From: an uncultured bacterium
GTDB taxonomy: Bacteria > Bacillota_I > Bacilli_A > RFN20 > CAG-826
NCBI GenBank assembly: GCA_949285325.1
Contig: CASDYZ010000032.1
Coordinates: 1 to 55,663, forward strand
DNA: 55,663 nucleotides
Reading direction: 5' to 3'
Shown one piece after another: positions 1 to 9,055 of the stretch. Each line of letters opens with the position of its first letter. Position 1 is the stretch's first letter. Both the position numbers and the translations under genes were made by a program. The notes below the pieces were generated by a model. That model searched no databases and was not told the origin of the DNA. It worked only from the letters and a program-made list of their open reading frames with translations.

Positions 1-175
1 CTTTTTTCTCTTTTATTTCAAAACTACCAAATCCATATATATCAATATCGATATTATTTTTTAAACTTTCACTCATGAGCGTAAATAAAGCATCGACTAT
101 AATTTTAGTCTCTTTTAAAGTCATTCCTTTATTTTCACTTATTGTTCTAATTAAATCTGTTTTATTGATCTTCAT
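1..175 (-). CDS. hup: HU family histone-like DNA-binding protein (3' end beyond window edge)
   Basis: Not in ORF track; manual translation from ATG at 175: MKINKTDLIRTISENKGMTLKETKIIVDALF...IDIYGFGSFEIKEKK, with the HU NKxDLI start and GFGxF motif; follows gpsA as in Bacilli. Confidence 0.85.
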   Translation of the reverse strand, partial: MKINKTDLIRTISENKGMTLKETKIIVDALFTLMSESLKNNIDIDIYGFGSFEIKEKK

Positions 176-177
176 AA

Positions 178-1179
178 TTATTTTTCATCTTTTAGAGGTC
201 TATTCATCAATATTTTAATTAATTCTGAAGGTTTTTTATTTTCATAAATAACAGAATAAAGTTGCTCCACAATCGGCATATCTATATGGTAGATCTTACT
301 TAAATCGTGAACCACTTTAATTGTTTTTAAACCTTCGACAGTTTTATTATTTTCCTTTAAAAATTTCTCACTTGAATCATCCTTACCAATAGCGAGCCCC
401 GCCATAAAGTTACGGGAATGGAAAGAATAACAAGTAACTACTAAATCACCTAATCCAGTTAAGCCCAAATAAGTACTCTCTTTTCCGCCAAAATATTTTC
501 CAAATCTTCTTATTTCATTTAAACCTCTACAACACAGTGCTGCCCTAGCGTTATCTCCATATCCTAGTCCTTCTAAAATACCACTAGCGATCGCGATAGC
601 GTTTTTTAAAGCGACACCTATCTCCGCCCCAACTTCATCGTTATTGACATAAACTCTAAAATAGTCGTTAGAAAATAATGAAGCGATTTTTTTACATAAC
701 TCTTTATCACACGATACTGCACTGACACATGTTAAATCTCTTAAAATTACCTCTTCAGCGTGGCTAGGTCCAATTAAAGACGCGACACCTTTTAAATAAG
801 AATGAGGTATAACTTCTCTTATTAATTCACTCATTCTAATGTTTTTATTAGGATCAAACCCTTTCGCGGTATTAATAAAAACAGTTGGTTCTTTAAGATA
901 ATTTATAGTAGTATTAAGAACCTCTCTCATCGCCGCGGTTGGAACTGATAAAACAATAATGTTTGAAAATTCAACTGCCTCAGATATATCACAAGTCGCT
1001 TTAATTTTATCGCTCAAAACAATTTCATCACCATTTTAACGACTATTTTTATGATTTAAATTAATATCGTTTTTACATTCTTCAATATTTGTATATAAGA
1101 GCACATCGTGCCCGTTGTCAGTTAAAACTTGAGATAATGCGGTGCCCCAAGTACCCGCGCCAACAATACTTATTTTCAT
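178..1179 (-). pseudogene. gpsA: NAD(P)H-dependent glycerol-3-phosphate dehydrogenase interrupted by one in-frame TAA at 1036-1038 (real lesion or assembly error)
   Basis: ATG at 1179 overlaps the der stop (ATGA) and gives [19 protein letters not shown] (Rossmann motif). The same frame continues past TAA into ORF 178..1017 with GPSHAEEV, ALKNAIAI and GLGDLVVTCYSFHSRN motifs. Confidence 0.85.
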
Positions 1180-2501
1180 AATTTTTCATTTCTCTTTCTT
1201 AATAATATTTTAATTGGAGTGCCATCAAAATTGAAAGTTTCTCTAAGTCTATTTTCAATATATCGTAAATATGAAAAATGCAAATAGTTAACATCGTTGA
1301 CAAATAAAACAATTGTGGGAGGCGCGCTAGTAACTTGTGAAGCATAATAAATTTTAATTCTACCACCATTAAAATGGGGAGACGGGTTCATCATTTGTGC
1401 GTCTTGCATAACTTCATTTAAAATAGAAGTTTTTATTCTAGTGTGATAAGCTTCATGAACCATGTCGATTGTCTTAAATAAAGTATCGATACGTGCGCCA
1501 GTAAGAGCAGAGACAAATACAAGAGGTGCGTAGGATAAAAATTTATATTCGTTTCTCACGTAGCTACTAAATTCATTCATTGTGTGAGGATCTTTTTCAA
1601 TTAAATCCCATTTATTTACGACAATAATAATTGCTTTTTTTAAATCAGTCGCATATTCAATAACGTGTTTATCTTGGTCTTTAATCCCTTCATTCGCGTC
1701 TATTACCAAAAGCACAATTTCACTTCTTTGAACAGCTTTTAAGGCGCGAATTGCAGAGTATTTATCTATAGATTCATAGATTTTGCCTCTTTTTTTAAGC
1801 CCGGCAGTGTCTATTACTGTATATTTTTTATCTCCCTTTATAAACGGAGTATCAATAGAGTCTCTAGTCGTTCCAGCAATGTCGCTGACGATGACTCTAT
1901 CCTCTTTTAAAATGGCGTTAGTTAACGATGATTTTCCGACGTTTGGTCGACCAATTAAACAGAAAGTAACTGTGTCATCTTCCTCTTTTTCTTCTCCTTG
2001 AGGTAGGGTATCGACAATCTTGTTTAAAAGTTCGCCGACACCGACACCGTGACTAGAAGATACGACAAGTGGTTCGCCTAGCCCTAGAGAATAGAATTGA
2101 TGGGCTAAAGAAAGGTGAAGTGCTTCATCGATTTTATTGACGCAGAAAATATAAGGCTTGCTACTTTTTCTAATCATTTTAGCGGCTAAAATGTCGTCAT
2201 TAGTTAATCCTACTTGCCCATCTACGACAAAAACGATTAAATCTGCTTCGTCTATTGCTAATTCAACTTGGGCTCTTATTTGTTTTTGAAAAGGGGCATT
2301 TTTTAATTCTACCCCACCAGTATCAATTAGTGTAAATGTGTATCCTAACCAATTACATAAAGCGTACTGACGGTCTCTAGTTATCCCTGCTTCGTCATCA
2401 ACTATCGCTTTTCTTTCTCCACAAAGTCGATTGAACAGCGTAGATTTTCCAACATTAGGTGAGCCAACTATCGCAACTATACCTAATCTTTTATTATCCA
2501 C
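1176..2501 (-). CDS. der: ribosome biogenesis GTPase Der (EngA)
   Basis: Two tandem G domains ([16 protein letters not shown] and [16 protein letters not shown]) plus a KH-like C-terminus. Confidence 0.97.
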   Translation of the reverse strand: MDNKRLGIVAIVGSPNVGKSTLFNRLCGERKAIVDDEAGITRDRQYALCNWLGYTFTLIDTGGVELKNAPFQKQIRAQVELAIDEADLIVFVVDGQVGLTNDDILAAKMIRKSSKPYIFCVNKIDEALHLSLAHQFYSLGLGEPLVVSSSHGVGVGELLNKIVDTLPQGEEKEEDDTVTFCLIGRPNVGKSSLTNAILKEDRVIVSDIAGTTRDSIDTPFIKGDKKYTVIDTAGLKKRGKIYESIDKYSAIRALKAVQRSEIVLLVIDANEGIKDQDKHVIEYATDLKKAIIIVVNKWDLIEKDPHTMNEFSSYVRNEYKFLSYAPLVFVSALTGARIDTLFKTIDMVHEAYHTRIKTSILNEVMQDAQMMNPSPHFNGGRIKIYYASQVTSAPPTIVLFVNDVNYLHFSYLRYIENRLRETFNFDGTPIKILLRKRNEKL

Positions 2502-3174
2502 GTTTTTCTTTCTCCTTTAATTTTTTATTTATGATATTTATAACTTCTTCCACTACTTCATCGACACTTAAAAAAGATGTATCGAGAAGGACAGAATCAC
2601 TCGCTGGTTTTAAAGGAGCAAAACTTCTATGAGAATCGATGTAATCTCTTTTTCTAACATCAGCTTCTATTTCTTCTAAAGTACATGGGATGCCTTTTGA
2701 TATATTTTCTTCATAACGTCTAACCGCCCTAGTTTCTGGGGAAGCAATTTGAAATATTTTTACGTCAGCATTTGGAAGAACATATGTCCCAATATCTCTC
2801 CCGTCCATGATGACGCTGTTAGATTTAGCCATTTCTCTTTGTTGTTCCACTAACGCAAGCCTTATATCTTTATAAGAGGCGATATATGACACATTTGCGG
2901 AGACAAAAGGTTCACGGATTGGTTTTGTTACATCTTCACCATTACATAAGACAACATCGTTTGGAAGAAGCTGAATCTTAACTTTATTAATGACAGAACA
3001 TGATGCTTTTTCATCTTGACAGTTGATGCCGTTTTTTAAACAATACCACGTAAACGCTCGATACATCGCACCAGTATCAATATAAGTATATCCAAGTATT
3101 TTTGCTACCTTTTTAGCCACGGTAGATTTACCCGCCGCGGCAGGTCCATCAATTGCTACTGAAATGTTCATCAT
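2494..3174 (-). CDS. cmk: cytidylate kinase
   Basis: IDGPAAAGKST P-loop, DTGAMYR, DGRDIGT. Start moved to ATG 3174 behind a GAAGGTG RBS. Confidence 0.95.
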   Translation of the reverse strand: MMNISVAIDGPAAAGKSTVAKKVAKILGYTYIDTGAMYRAFTWYCLKNGINCQDEKASCSVINKVKIQLLPNDVVLCNGEDVTKPIREPFVSANVSYIASYKDIRLALVEQQREMAKSNSVIMDGRDIGTYVLPNADVKIFQIASPETRAVRRYEENISKGIPCTLEEIEADVRKRDYIDSHRSFAPLKPASDSVLLDTSFLSVDEVVEEVINIINKKLKEKEKRG

Positions 3175-3188
3175 TATCACCTTCTTCT

Positions 3189-3488
3189 TTAAAAAATCAA
3201 TGTGCCAATATATATGATTAAAATAAGTAACGCTAATAAACCAACTACGCACAAAGAAATGAAAAATATTTTTTGAGTCTTTTGTTTATTAATTAAATTT
3301 TGTTTATCTTTTTCATCTTCCTCTAAAGCAGATAAAACTTCTTCGATTGGGAGAGTAGAAGTCGAGCCAGCAGTGTCTTTAAAATTATTTGTATCAAAGA
3401 CTTTTTTATCATCTTTTTCACTATTTTTTGTCTCTCCGTTTAAGGAAGAACGATATTCTTTATATTTTTCTAATCTTGTCTCTCTCAT
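3189..3488 (-). CDS. small hypothetical protein with C-terminal transmembrane helix
   Basis: 99 aa, charged N-terminal region and one hydrophobic C-terminal segment; co-oriented with cmk. Confidence 0.65.
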   Translation of the reverse strand: MRETRLEKYKEYRSSLNGETKNSEKDDKKVFDTNNFKDTAGSTSTLPIEEVLSALEEDEKDKQNLINKQKTQKIFFISLCVVGLLALLILIIYIGTLIF

Positions 3489-3540
3489 ATTCTTTTATTT
3501 ATTGTAATAAAAAAAGAAAATTTTTTATAGGAAAAAAATA

Positions 3541-3563
3541 AAAAAATCTGCCCTAGTGGCAGA
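3541..3563 (-). terminator. intrinsic terminator
   Basis: TCTGCC-ACTAG-GGCAGA stem-loop followed by a T run on the minus strand. Confidence 0.75.
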
Positions 3564-3664
3564 AGGCCTGAATCTATACCTATTATTTTGTTTTAAGCCC
3601 GCTATTCAATCAAGCGTTTGTTGGCTTTAATAGGCTGTCTAGCACTATTTGTTTCTCTAGACAC
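3541..3664 (-). ncRNA. candidate structured small RNA / leader RNA of unknown family
   Basis: Bounded by a sigma-A-like promoter and an intrinsic terminator; contains hairpins UGUCUAG/CUAGACA, CCUAUUA/UAAUAGG, AAGCC/GGCUU and CGCU/AGCG. Confidence 0.5.
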
Positions 3665-3670
3665 AAGAAA

Positions 3671-3699
3671 ATAATAGACCTATAAATTGCAAATTGCAA
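3671..3699 (-). promoter_or_regulatory. sigma-A type promoter driving the candidate RNA
   Basis: TTGCAA-17 nt-TATTAT on the minus strand. Confidence 0.55.
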
Positions 3700-3709
3700 T
3701 AAAAATATT

Positions 3710-3738
3710 TTGCAAAAATAATTTTTACTTCTTATAAT
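3710..3738 (+). promoter_or_regulatory. sigma-A type promoter of ferredoxin
   Basis: TTGCAA-17 nt-TATAAT, followed by a GGAGG RBS. Confidence 0.7.
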
Positions 3739-3761
3739 CTAACTATCCGGAGGAAAAAATC

Positions 3762-3938
3762 ATGGGTCTTAAAAAACTCAAGGTTGATCCAAATGTTTGC
3801 ATCGGTTGCGGTGCTTGCTGCGGTACATATCCTGACAGTTTCCAAATCGGTGACGATGGACTTGCAGAAGTAATTAGTGACGAAGTAGACGAAGAAGCAA
3901 TGGCGGTTTGCCCTGTCGGCGCAATCGTAGAAGATTAA
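3762..3938 (+). CDS. fer: monocluster ferredoxin (58 aa)
   Basis: Not in ORF track: MGLKKLKVDPNVCIGCGACCGTYPDSF...AMAVCPVGAIVED with CxxCxxC...CP; GGAGG RBS; adjacent to ribU as in Bacillus. Confidence 0.92.
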   Translation: MGLKKLKVDPNVCIGCGACCGTYPDSFQIGDDGLAEVISDEVDEEAMAVCPVGAIVED

Positions 3939-3946
3939 CCTAAAAT

Positions 3947-3974
3947 AAAAGAACTAGCTGTTGCTAGTTTTTTT
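3947..3974. terminator. terminator between convergent fer and ribU
   Basis: AACTAGC-TGTT-GCTAGTT stem flanked by A and T runs. Confidence 0.6.
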
Positions 3975-4674
3975 CTTTTCCAATCTTGTCAATCATTTGA
4001 TGTAATTTCTTATATAACAATAGAGTAAATATAATAATTACAACATCTTTAAGTGCGTTGAATGGAAGAGCAACAACGAAGAAGAATGTCCACCCTAATG
4101 ATGTACAGGCCGGATTTGCGGCTTGACACATCGCGAGTAAACTTTCTTTAGGTATTTGCATGACTATCATATAAAACTCCACTATTGGGAAAGAGGTAAT
4201 TATAGAAGCAAAGACTGTTTGAATAACTGCTCCACTTATAATAGCAACAATCCCACCTTTAAAACTTCTAAATTTTTTATAGATTAGCCCAGCAGGGACA
4301 ACTAATAACAATCCATATATAAAATCAGCAAGTTCTCCAACGCCTAAAGTCGATGTTAAAGGGAGTTTTATCATCGTTTTAATAAAAATGACAAAGACCG
4401 CGCTGAAGGGTCCATAAGCTAAAGAGGCAATTAAAGCAGGAACTTCATCGAAATGAAATTCTAAAAACGAAGGGAAAAAGGGAAGGGAAAATTGAAAGTA
4501 AGGAACGACATATAAAATTGCAGACATCGCTCCTAGAATTGCGCTTCTTGTAATAAATTTTGATGATATAGGTTTTGTTTTAAAAAATAATTTATTAATT
4601 GACCATAGTAAGACAATAACTACAGTTAGACATCCAACGACAAATCGCACTAATTCGTATTCTTCCATGAGCAT
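3964..4674 (-). CDS. ribU: ECF transporter S component, riboflavin-specific
   Basis: FPSFLEFHFDEVPALI, GVGELADF and PFNALK motifs; FMN riboswitch directly upstream. Confidence 0.88.
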   Translation of the reverse strand: MLMEEYELVRFVVGCLTVVIVLLWSINKLFFKTKPISSKFITRSAILGAMSAILYVVPYFQFSLPFFPSFLEFHFDEVPALIASLAYGPFSAVFVIFIKTMIKLPLTSTLGVGELADFIYGLLLVVPAGLIYKKFRSFKGGIVAIISGAVIQTVFASIITSFPIVEFYMIVMQIPKESLLAMCQAANPACTSLGWTFFFVVALPFNALKDVVIIIFTLLLYKKLHQMIDKIGKEKN

Positions 4675-4717
4675 AGTTCCTTATATAAATAGAAATTACC
4701 TCAAGGCAAGAAAAAAA

Positions 4718-4823
4718 CTTCTCTCTTCCAGACTATAACTGTCGCTACTTGAATTGCACAAGTTCTGCTAATAAAGCTCGTGGAGTATACCACCGATTAA
4801 GGAATCTCACCTTACCCTGAAGC
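4718..4823 (-). promoter_or_regulatory. FMN riboswitch (RFN element)
   Basis: Minus strand reads CTTCAGGGTAAGGTGAGATTCC...CGGTGGTATACTCCACGA...CGACAGTTATAGTCTGGAAGAGAGAAG, matching the RFN consensus. Confidence 0.93.
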
Positions 4824-4857
4824 AAAAATATTATATACCTTAAAAATAAAATGAAAA

Positions 4858-5709
4858 TTATTTTTTTGTATGAGATAGTAATTTTTTTAAAAAAGAATTA
4901 AATTTTTTTGAGTCGTCGAATCTAAATTCGACTCTATTTGCGTTTAGTAAAGTTTTACAATCATATTTGTTATTTAGAATTGTTTCATACGATGAAAAAT
5001 CTAAATTATTTTTCTTCATGAATATAATTTTTTCTGTTTCACGAACCGATAATTTCTTTTCATAAATTTCATCTAAAATTAAATTCATGTCCTCTTCAGA
5101 TAGCGACATAAACGCTCTGACGTGACCGAAAGATATTTTTTTATTTATTAGATCGTTTTGAATTCTAACTGGTAGATGTTTTAACCTAATAATATTTGCA
5201 ATAGAAGGTCGACTCATTTTTAATAAAAGTGATAAATCTTTTTGTGTCAAATGATATTTTTTAATTAATTTATTTAAAATGTAGGATAGTTCAACAATAT
5301 TGACATCTTTGTCTTTTTTAATTTCAAGGGCCATTAAGAAAAGCATTTCTTGCTCTTCAATATTAACAACGTAAACATTTATAGAATCAAAATTAATATG
5401 TCTAGCGGCGTGATATAAAATACGAGGATAAATTACTTCATAACGATTATATTCATTTAAATAGACAATTAATGGGCGGCTGATAGAATGATTTTTTAAT
5501 CTCTCCATCTCTTCATTTAATTTATTCTTATTGTATTTAATGTTTTTATAAATGTGATTGTCATCGATTAAGGAAAGAGAAAGTTGACCTTGATAGGCGG
5601 CGAGATATTCTTTTTCGATATTAGAAATAACATCAGTTGAAGAAAATCTTTCAATCAAGGTAGAAAGAGAGCTTTTTAAAATTTGATTATCGTTATTTTC
5701 TTTCTTCAT
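4858..5709 (-). CDS. parB: ParB/Spo0J family protein, divergent N-terminal domain
   Basis: HTH TQKDLSLLLKMSRPSIANIIRL, ISFGHVRA and LSVRETEK motifs; overlaps parA. Confidence 0.8.
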   Translation of the reverse strand: MKKENNDNQILKSSLSTLIERFSSTDVISNIEKEYLAAYQGQLSLSLIDDNHIYKNIKYNKNKLNEEMERLKNHSISRPLIVYLNEYNRYEVIYPRILYHAARHINFDSINVYVVNIEEQEMLFLMALEIKKDKDVNIVELSYILNKLIKKYHLTQKDLSLLLKMSRPSIANIIRLKHLPVRIQNDLINKKISFGHVRAFMSLSEEDMNLILDEIYEKKLSVRETEKIIFMKKNNLDFSSYETILNNKYDCKTLLNANRVEFRFDDSKKFNSFLKKLLSHTKK

Positions 5710-6463
5710 GATCCATTACTTCCTTGGCTAATGAAAAGTAAGCAAGCGCCCCGCTGGAACTTGGACGATAAATTGTAACCGGTAAACCTTTGGCGTTACT
5801 TTCTGGCACAGAGATATTTCTAGGAATTTGTGTTAAAAATGTATTTTCTTTAAAAAGAGAGCGAATTTGCTGAGATATTTCTAAACAAAGACGAGTTTTC
5901 GCGTCATACATTGTAAGTAGAAATCCTTCAATTCCAAGATTTGGATTGTTAGATGATTGGATACGAGAAACGCTCGCCAAAATTTGAGCGACAGCTTCCA
6001 TAGCAAAATATTCACACTGTACAGGAATCAAAACCGAATCGGCCGCACATAAAGAATTTAAAGTTAATAATCCTAACGATGGAGGGCAATCAATAATAAT
6101 ATAATCGTAATTTTTTTTGATTTGTGACATCGCATTTTTTAAAACTAAAAATGGTTGATTAGTCTTATTAATTAATATTGAATCTAGAGAAGCTAAAATC
6201 AATTTAGAAGGAATTAAATCTAAATTTTTATACACTTGGCGTGTCGCTAAATTTATATCGTAATCAAATCCTAACACATCGTAAATAGAATGATTTATTA
6301 AAGTTATATCCACTCCTAAACCACGCGAACAATTACCTTGTGGATCCATATCAACGATTAAAACAGAACGATTAAAATGGGCGAGTGCCGCACCTAAATT
6401 AATGGATGTTGTCGTTTTTCCCACCCCGCCTTTTTGATTGGCAATCGCAATTATTTTACTCAT
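5693..6463 (-). CDS. soj: ParA/Soj ATPase
   Basis: NQKGGVGKTT, DMDPQGN, IDCPPSLG and PVQCEYFAME motifs. Confidence 0.95.
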   Translation of the reverse strand: MSKIIAIANQKGGVGKTTTSINLGAALAHFNRSVLIVDMDPQGNCSRGLGVDITLINHSIYDVLGFDYDINLATRQVYKNLDLIPSKLILASLDSILINKTNQPFLVLKNAMSQIKKNYDYIIIDCPPSLGLLTLNSLCAADSVLIPVQCEYFAMEAVAQILASVSRIQSSNNPNLGIEGFLLTMYDAKTRLCLEISQQIRSLFKENTFLTQIPRNISVPESNAKGLPVTIYRPSSSGALAYFSLAKEVMDHEERK

Positions 6464-6478
6464 TGATATCCTTCCTTT

Positions 6479-7180
6479 CTACAGTGGTTTTTTTAAGATT
6501 TGATTATAATTTCGAGGATAAATAGAACTCGAGGATTTATTCTTTTTAAATTCTAGTAAATATCTATCTTCTTTAGATAAAGGTAATTGATATTTAACCT
6601 CTTTTATAAGTTCTAAATTAAGAACATTAATCGCGTTTTGACTATCTATTAATTCACTTTTATAGCCACTTCCTTTGTATGAAATTATGTGACCACTTAT
6701 TTTTATAAAACTTGAACAAAGTTCTAATAATATTTGTAAATTTTTAACCGCTCTAGCAGTCACTATATCAAATTTTTCTCTATTTTGCTTTATAAATTCT
6801 TCAGCTCGGCACGCAAATGCATTGACGTTTGTTAATCCTAACTTATCTTTTACTTCATTGACGTGTTCTATTTTTTTAGATGTGGAGTCGATTAGAGTAA
6901 ATCTAGTGTTAGGACATAAAATCGCAAGCACTAGTCCTGGAAATCCTCCACCAGTTCCAATATCAAGTACGCTTTTATTTTCTAAATCAAAAAATTTAAC
7001 TAAGAAAACACAATCAATTATCATCTTATCAATAAATGTATTTTCATCGTTAATAGCGGTTAAGTTCATCACCTTATTTTTTTCTAAAGTTAAATCGATA
7101 AGATAATCTAATTGATTTATTTTTTCTTGTATTAAATTAAGCTCTATTTTATTAAGACAATCAATCAATATTTGTTTCAT
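6479..7180 (-). CDS. rsmG: 16S rRNA m7G527 methyltransferase (GidB)
   Basis: MNLTAI, LDIGTGGGFPG, RAE and TARAV motifs; follows mnmG. Confidence 0.95.
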   Translation of the reverse strand: MKQILIDCLNKIELNLIQEKINQLDYLIDLTLEKNKVMNLTAINDENTFIDKMIIDCVFLVKFFDLENKSVLDIGTGGGFPGLVLAILCPNTRFTLIDSTSKKIEHVNEVKDKLGLTNVNAFACRAEEFIKQNREKFDIVTARAVKNLQILLELCSSFIKISGHIISYKGSGYKSELIDSQNAINVLNLELIKEVKYQLPLSKEDRYLLEFKKNKSSSSIYPRNYNQILKKPL

Positions 7181-9054
7181 AATTTCTTTCTTTTCGCGTT
7201 CAAAATAAGCACACTGACATCGGATGGATTTACTCCACTTATTCGCGATGCTTGCCCAATGGTTGATGGTCTAATTTTATCTAATTTACTTCTCGCTTCA
7301 AGGGCTAAACCATCCATATTTAAATAATCAGTATCAGGTTTAAGTTTTAGTTCTTCAAGTTTATGCATATTTTGGGCATCTTTTTCTTGTTTAGCAATGT
7401 ACCCTTCATATTTAATCATTATTTCAACTTCTTCTATTTCAAATTTATCTAAATTTAAGTTATTTAATTCTGGAATAAATGTCATAAGTTTATCTAATTT
7501 TACTTTTGGGCGTTTAACTATTTCACTCGCTAAAACGCCACAACTTAAAGGAACTTCTCCAATATTTATTAAATAATCATTAAGTTCAGATTTCGTCCCA
7601 ATATATATTGTATTTAATAGTTCAATGGCGTTTTTGATATGGTTCTTTTTATCAAGAAATTTTTTATATCTATCTTCACTAATTAAACCTATCTTATAAC
7701 CAATTTCTTTAAGTCGCATATCAGCGTTATCGTGTCTTAATAATAATCTATATTCAGCACGAGAAGATAATAAACGATATGGTTCATCTGTTCCTTTAGT
7801 CACTAAATCATCGATCATAACTCCTATATATGCTTCGTCTCTTTTTAAAATTAATGGATCTTTCCCTTCAAGTTTAAGACTTGCGTTGATGCCCGCTATT
7901 AAACCAAGTGCAGCGGCTTCTTCATAACCACTAGTGCCACAAATTTGACCAGCGATATATAGTCCGTCCCATTTCTTTATAGAAAGAGCTTCATCATAAT
8001 CTTCAGTTTTTAATGCATCGTATTCAATAGCATAAGCATATTTTAATATTTTTGCGTTTTCAAAACCCGGTAAACTTTTTACCATCTTTTCTTGAATATC
8101 TACTGCCATCGAGGTTGAAAAACCCTGAAGGTAAATTGATGAAGTTTGTCTAGATTCAGGCTCTAAAAATAATTGATGTCTTTCTTTATCTTTAAAATTA
8201 ACTATTTTAGATTCAATAGAGGGGCAGTATCTAGGACCAACACTACTAATTAGTCCACCATATAAAGAAGTGTCATCGAGATGATCTAATATAATTTTAT
8301 GAGTTAAAGGTGTAGTGTAAATTAAATAGCAGAGTTCTTGCTCTTTTAAAGGTATAAATTTAGTAGTGTCAAAACTAAATGCATAGTGTCCGTCTGTTCC
8401 GAATTGAGGACTCGATTTTGAAAAATCGATAGATTCTTTTTCAATTCTAGGAGGAGTCCCAGTTTTAAGACGATATATGTGGAGTCCCATTTTTTCAAGT
8501 TCTTTAGAGAGCCCATAGGAGCCTTTTTCTCCGTCTGGACCTTCTTTTTTAACTTCCTTGCCACGATATATTTTTGCCTCCATATATGTACCGGTTGCTA
8601 AAATGACTACTTTTGAAGAAATACGGCGGCCGTCTTGTAATATAACGCCTCTAACTTCATTATTATTTTTGATTAAATCAACAACATTTCCCTCTAAAAA
8701 AGATAGATTTGGAGTGTTTTTGACAAAATTTTGCATGATTTTTGGATATTCGAGTTTATCTTGCTGACTTCTTAAACATCTAACACCTGGACCTTTACCG
8801 GTATTGAGCATTTTCATTTGTAAATACATCTCGTCCGCGGCAATTCCCATCATACCACCTAATGCATCTATTTCTCTGACCACTATCCCTTTTGCGCTTC
8901 CTCCAATAGAAGGATTACAGGGCATATTTCCTATCTTTTTAAAATTTAAAGAAATTAAAAGTGTTTTATGACCTTTATGAGCACAGGCAAAACAAGCTTC
9001 TAATCCAGCATGTCCTCCTCCGACAACGATAACTTCATAATCAAAATTATCCAT
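7177..9054 (-). CDS. mnmG: tRNA U34 carboxymethylaminomethyl modification enzyme (GidA)
   Basis: GGGHAGLEA, MPCNPSIGG, GPRYCPSIE, GTSGYEEAA and SRAEYRL motifs; ATG at 9054 lies 1 nt after the sufB stop. Confidence 0.97.
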   Translation of the reverse strand: MDNFDYEVIVVGGGHAGLEACFACAHKGHKTLLISLNFKKIGNMPCNPSIGGSAKGIVVREIDALGGMMGIAADEMYLQMKMLNTGKGPGVRCLRSQQDKLEYPKIMQNFVKNTPNLSFLEGNVVDLIKNNNEVRGVILQDGRRISSKVVILATGTYMEAKIYRGKEVKKEGPDGEKGSYGLSKELEKMGLHIYRLKTGTPPRIEKESIDFSKSSPQFGTDGHYAFSFDTTKFIPLKEQELCYLIYTTPLTHKIILDHLDDTSLYGGLISSVGPRYCPSIESKIVNFKDKERHQLFLEPESRQTSSIYLQGFSTSMAVDIQEKMVKSLPGFENAKILKYAYAIEYDALKTEDYDEALSIKKWDGLYIAGQICGTSGYEEAAALGLIAGINASLKLEGKDPLILKRDEAYIGVMIDDLVTKGTDEPYRLLSSRAEYRLLLRHDNADMRLKEIGYKIGLISEDRYKKFLDKKNHIKNAIELLNTIYIGTKSELNDYLINIGEVPLSCGVLASEIVKRPKVKLDKLMTFIPELNNLNLDKFEIEEVEIMIKYEGYIAKQEKDAQNMHKLEELKLKPDTDYLNMDGLALEARSKLDKIRPSTIGQASRISGVNPSDVSVLILNAKRKKL

Positions 9055-9055
9055 A

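Noticed and set aside
2490-2505. DnaA-box-like TTATCCACG / possible oriC given nearby mnmG-parAB
   Set aside because: Isolated imperfect match within coding sequence; no cluster and no dnaA
3541-3664. Assignment of the candidate RNA to 6S, SRP, tmRNA, T-box, tracrRNA or a known riboswitch
   Set aside because: Diagnostic motifs are absent and it is too short for 6S or tmRNA; left unassigned
5035-5050. parS-like TGTTTCACG inside parB (another half-site, CGTGAAACA, near 34417)
   Set aside because: Only half of the 16-bp palindrome matches
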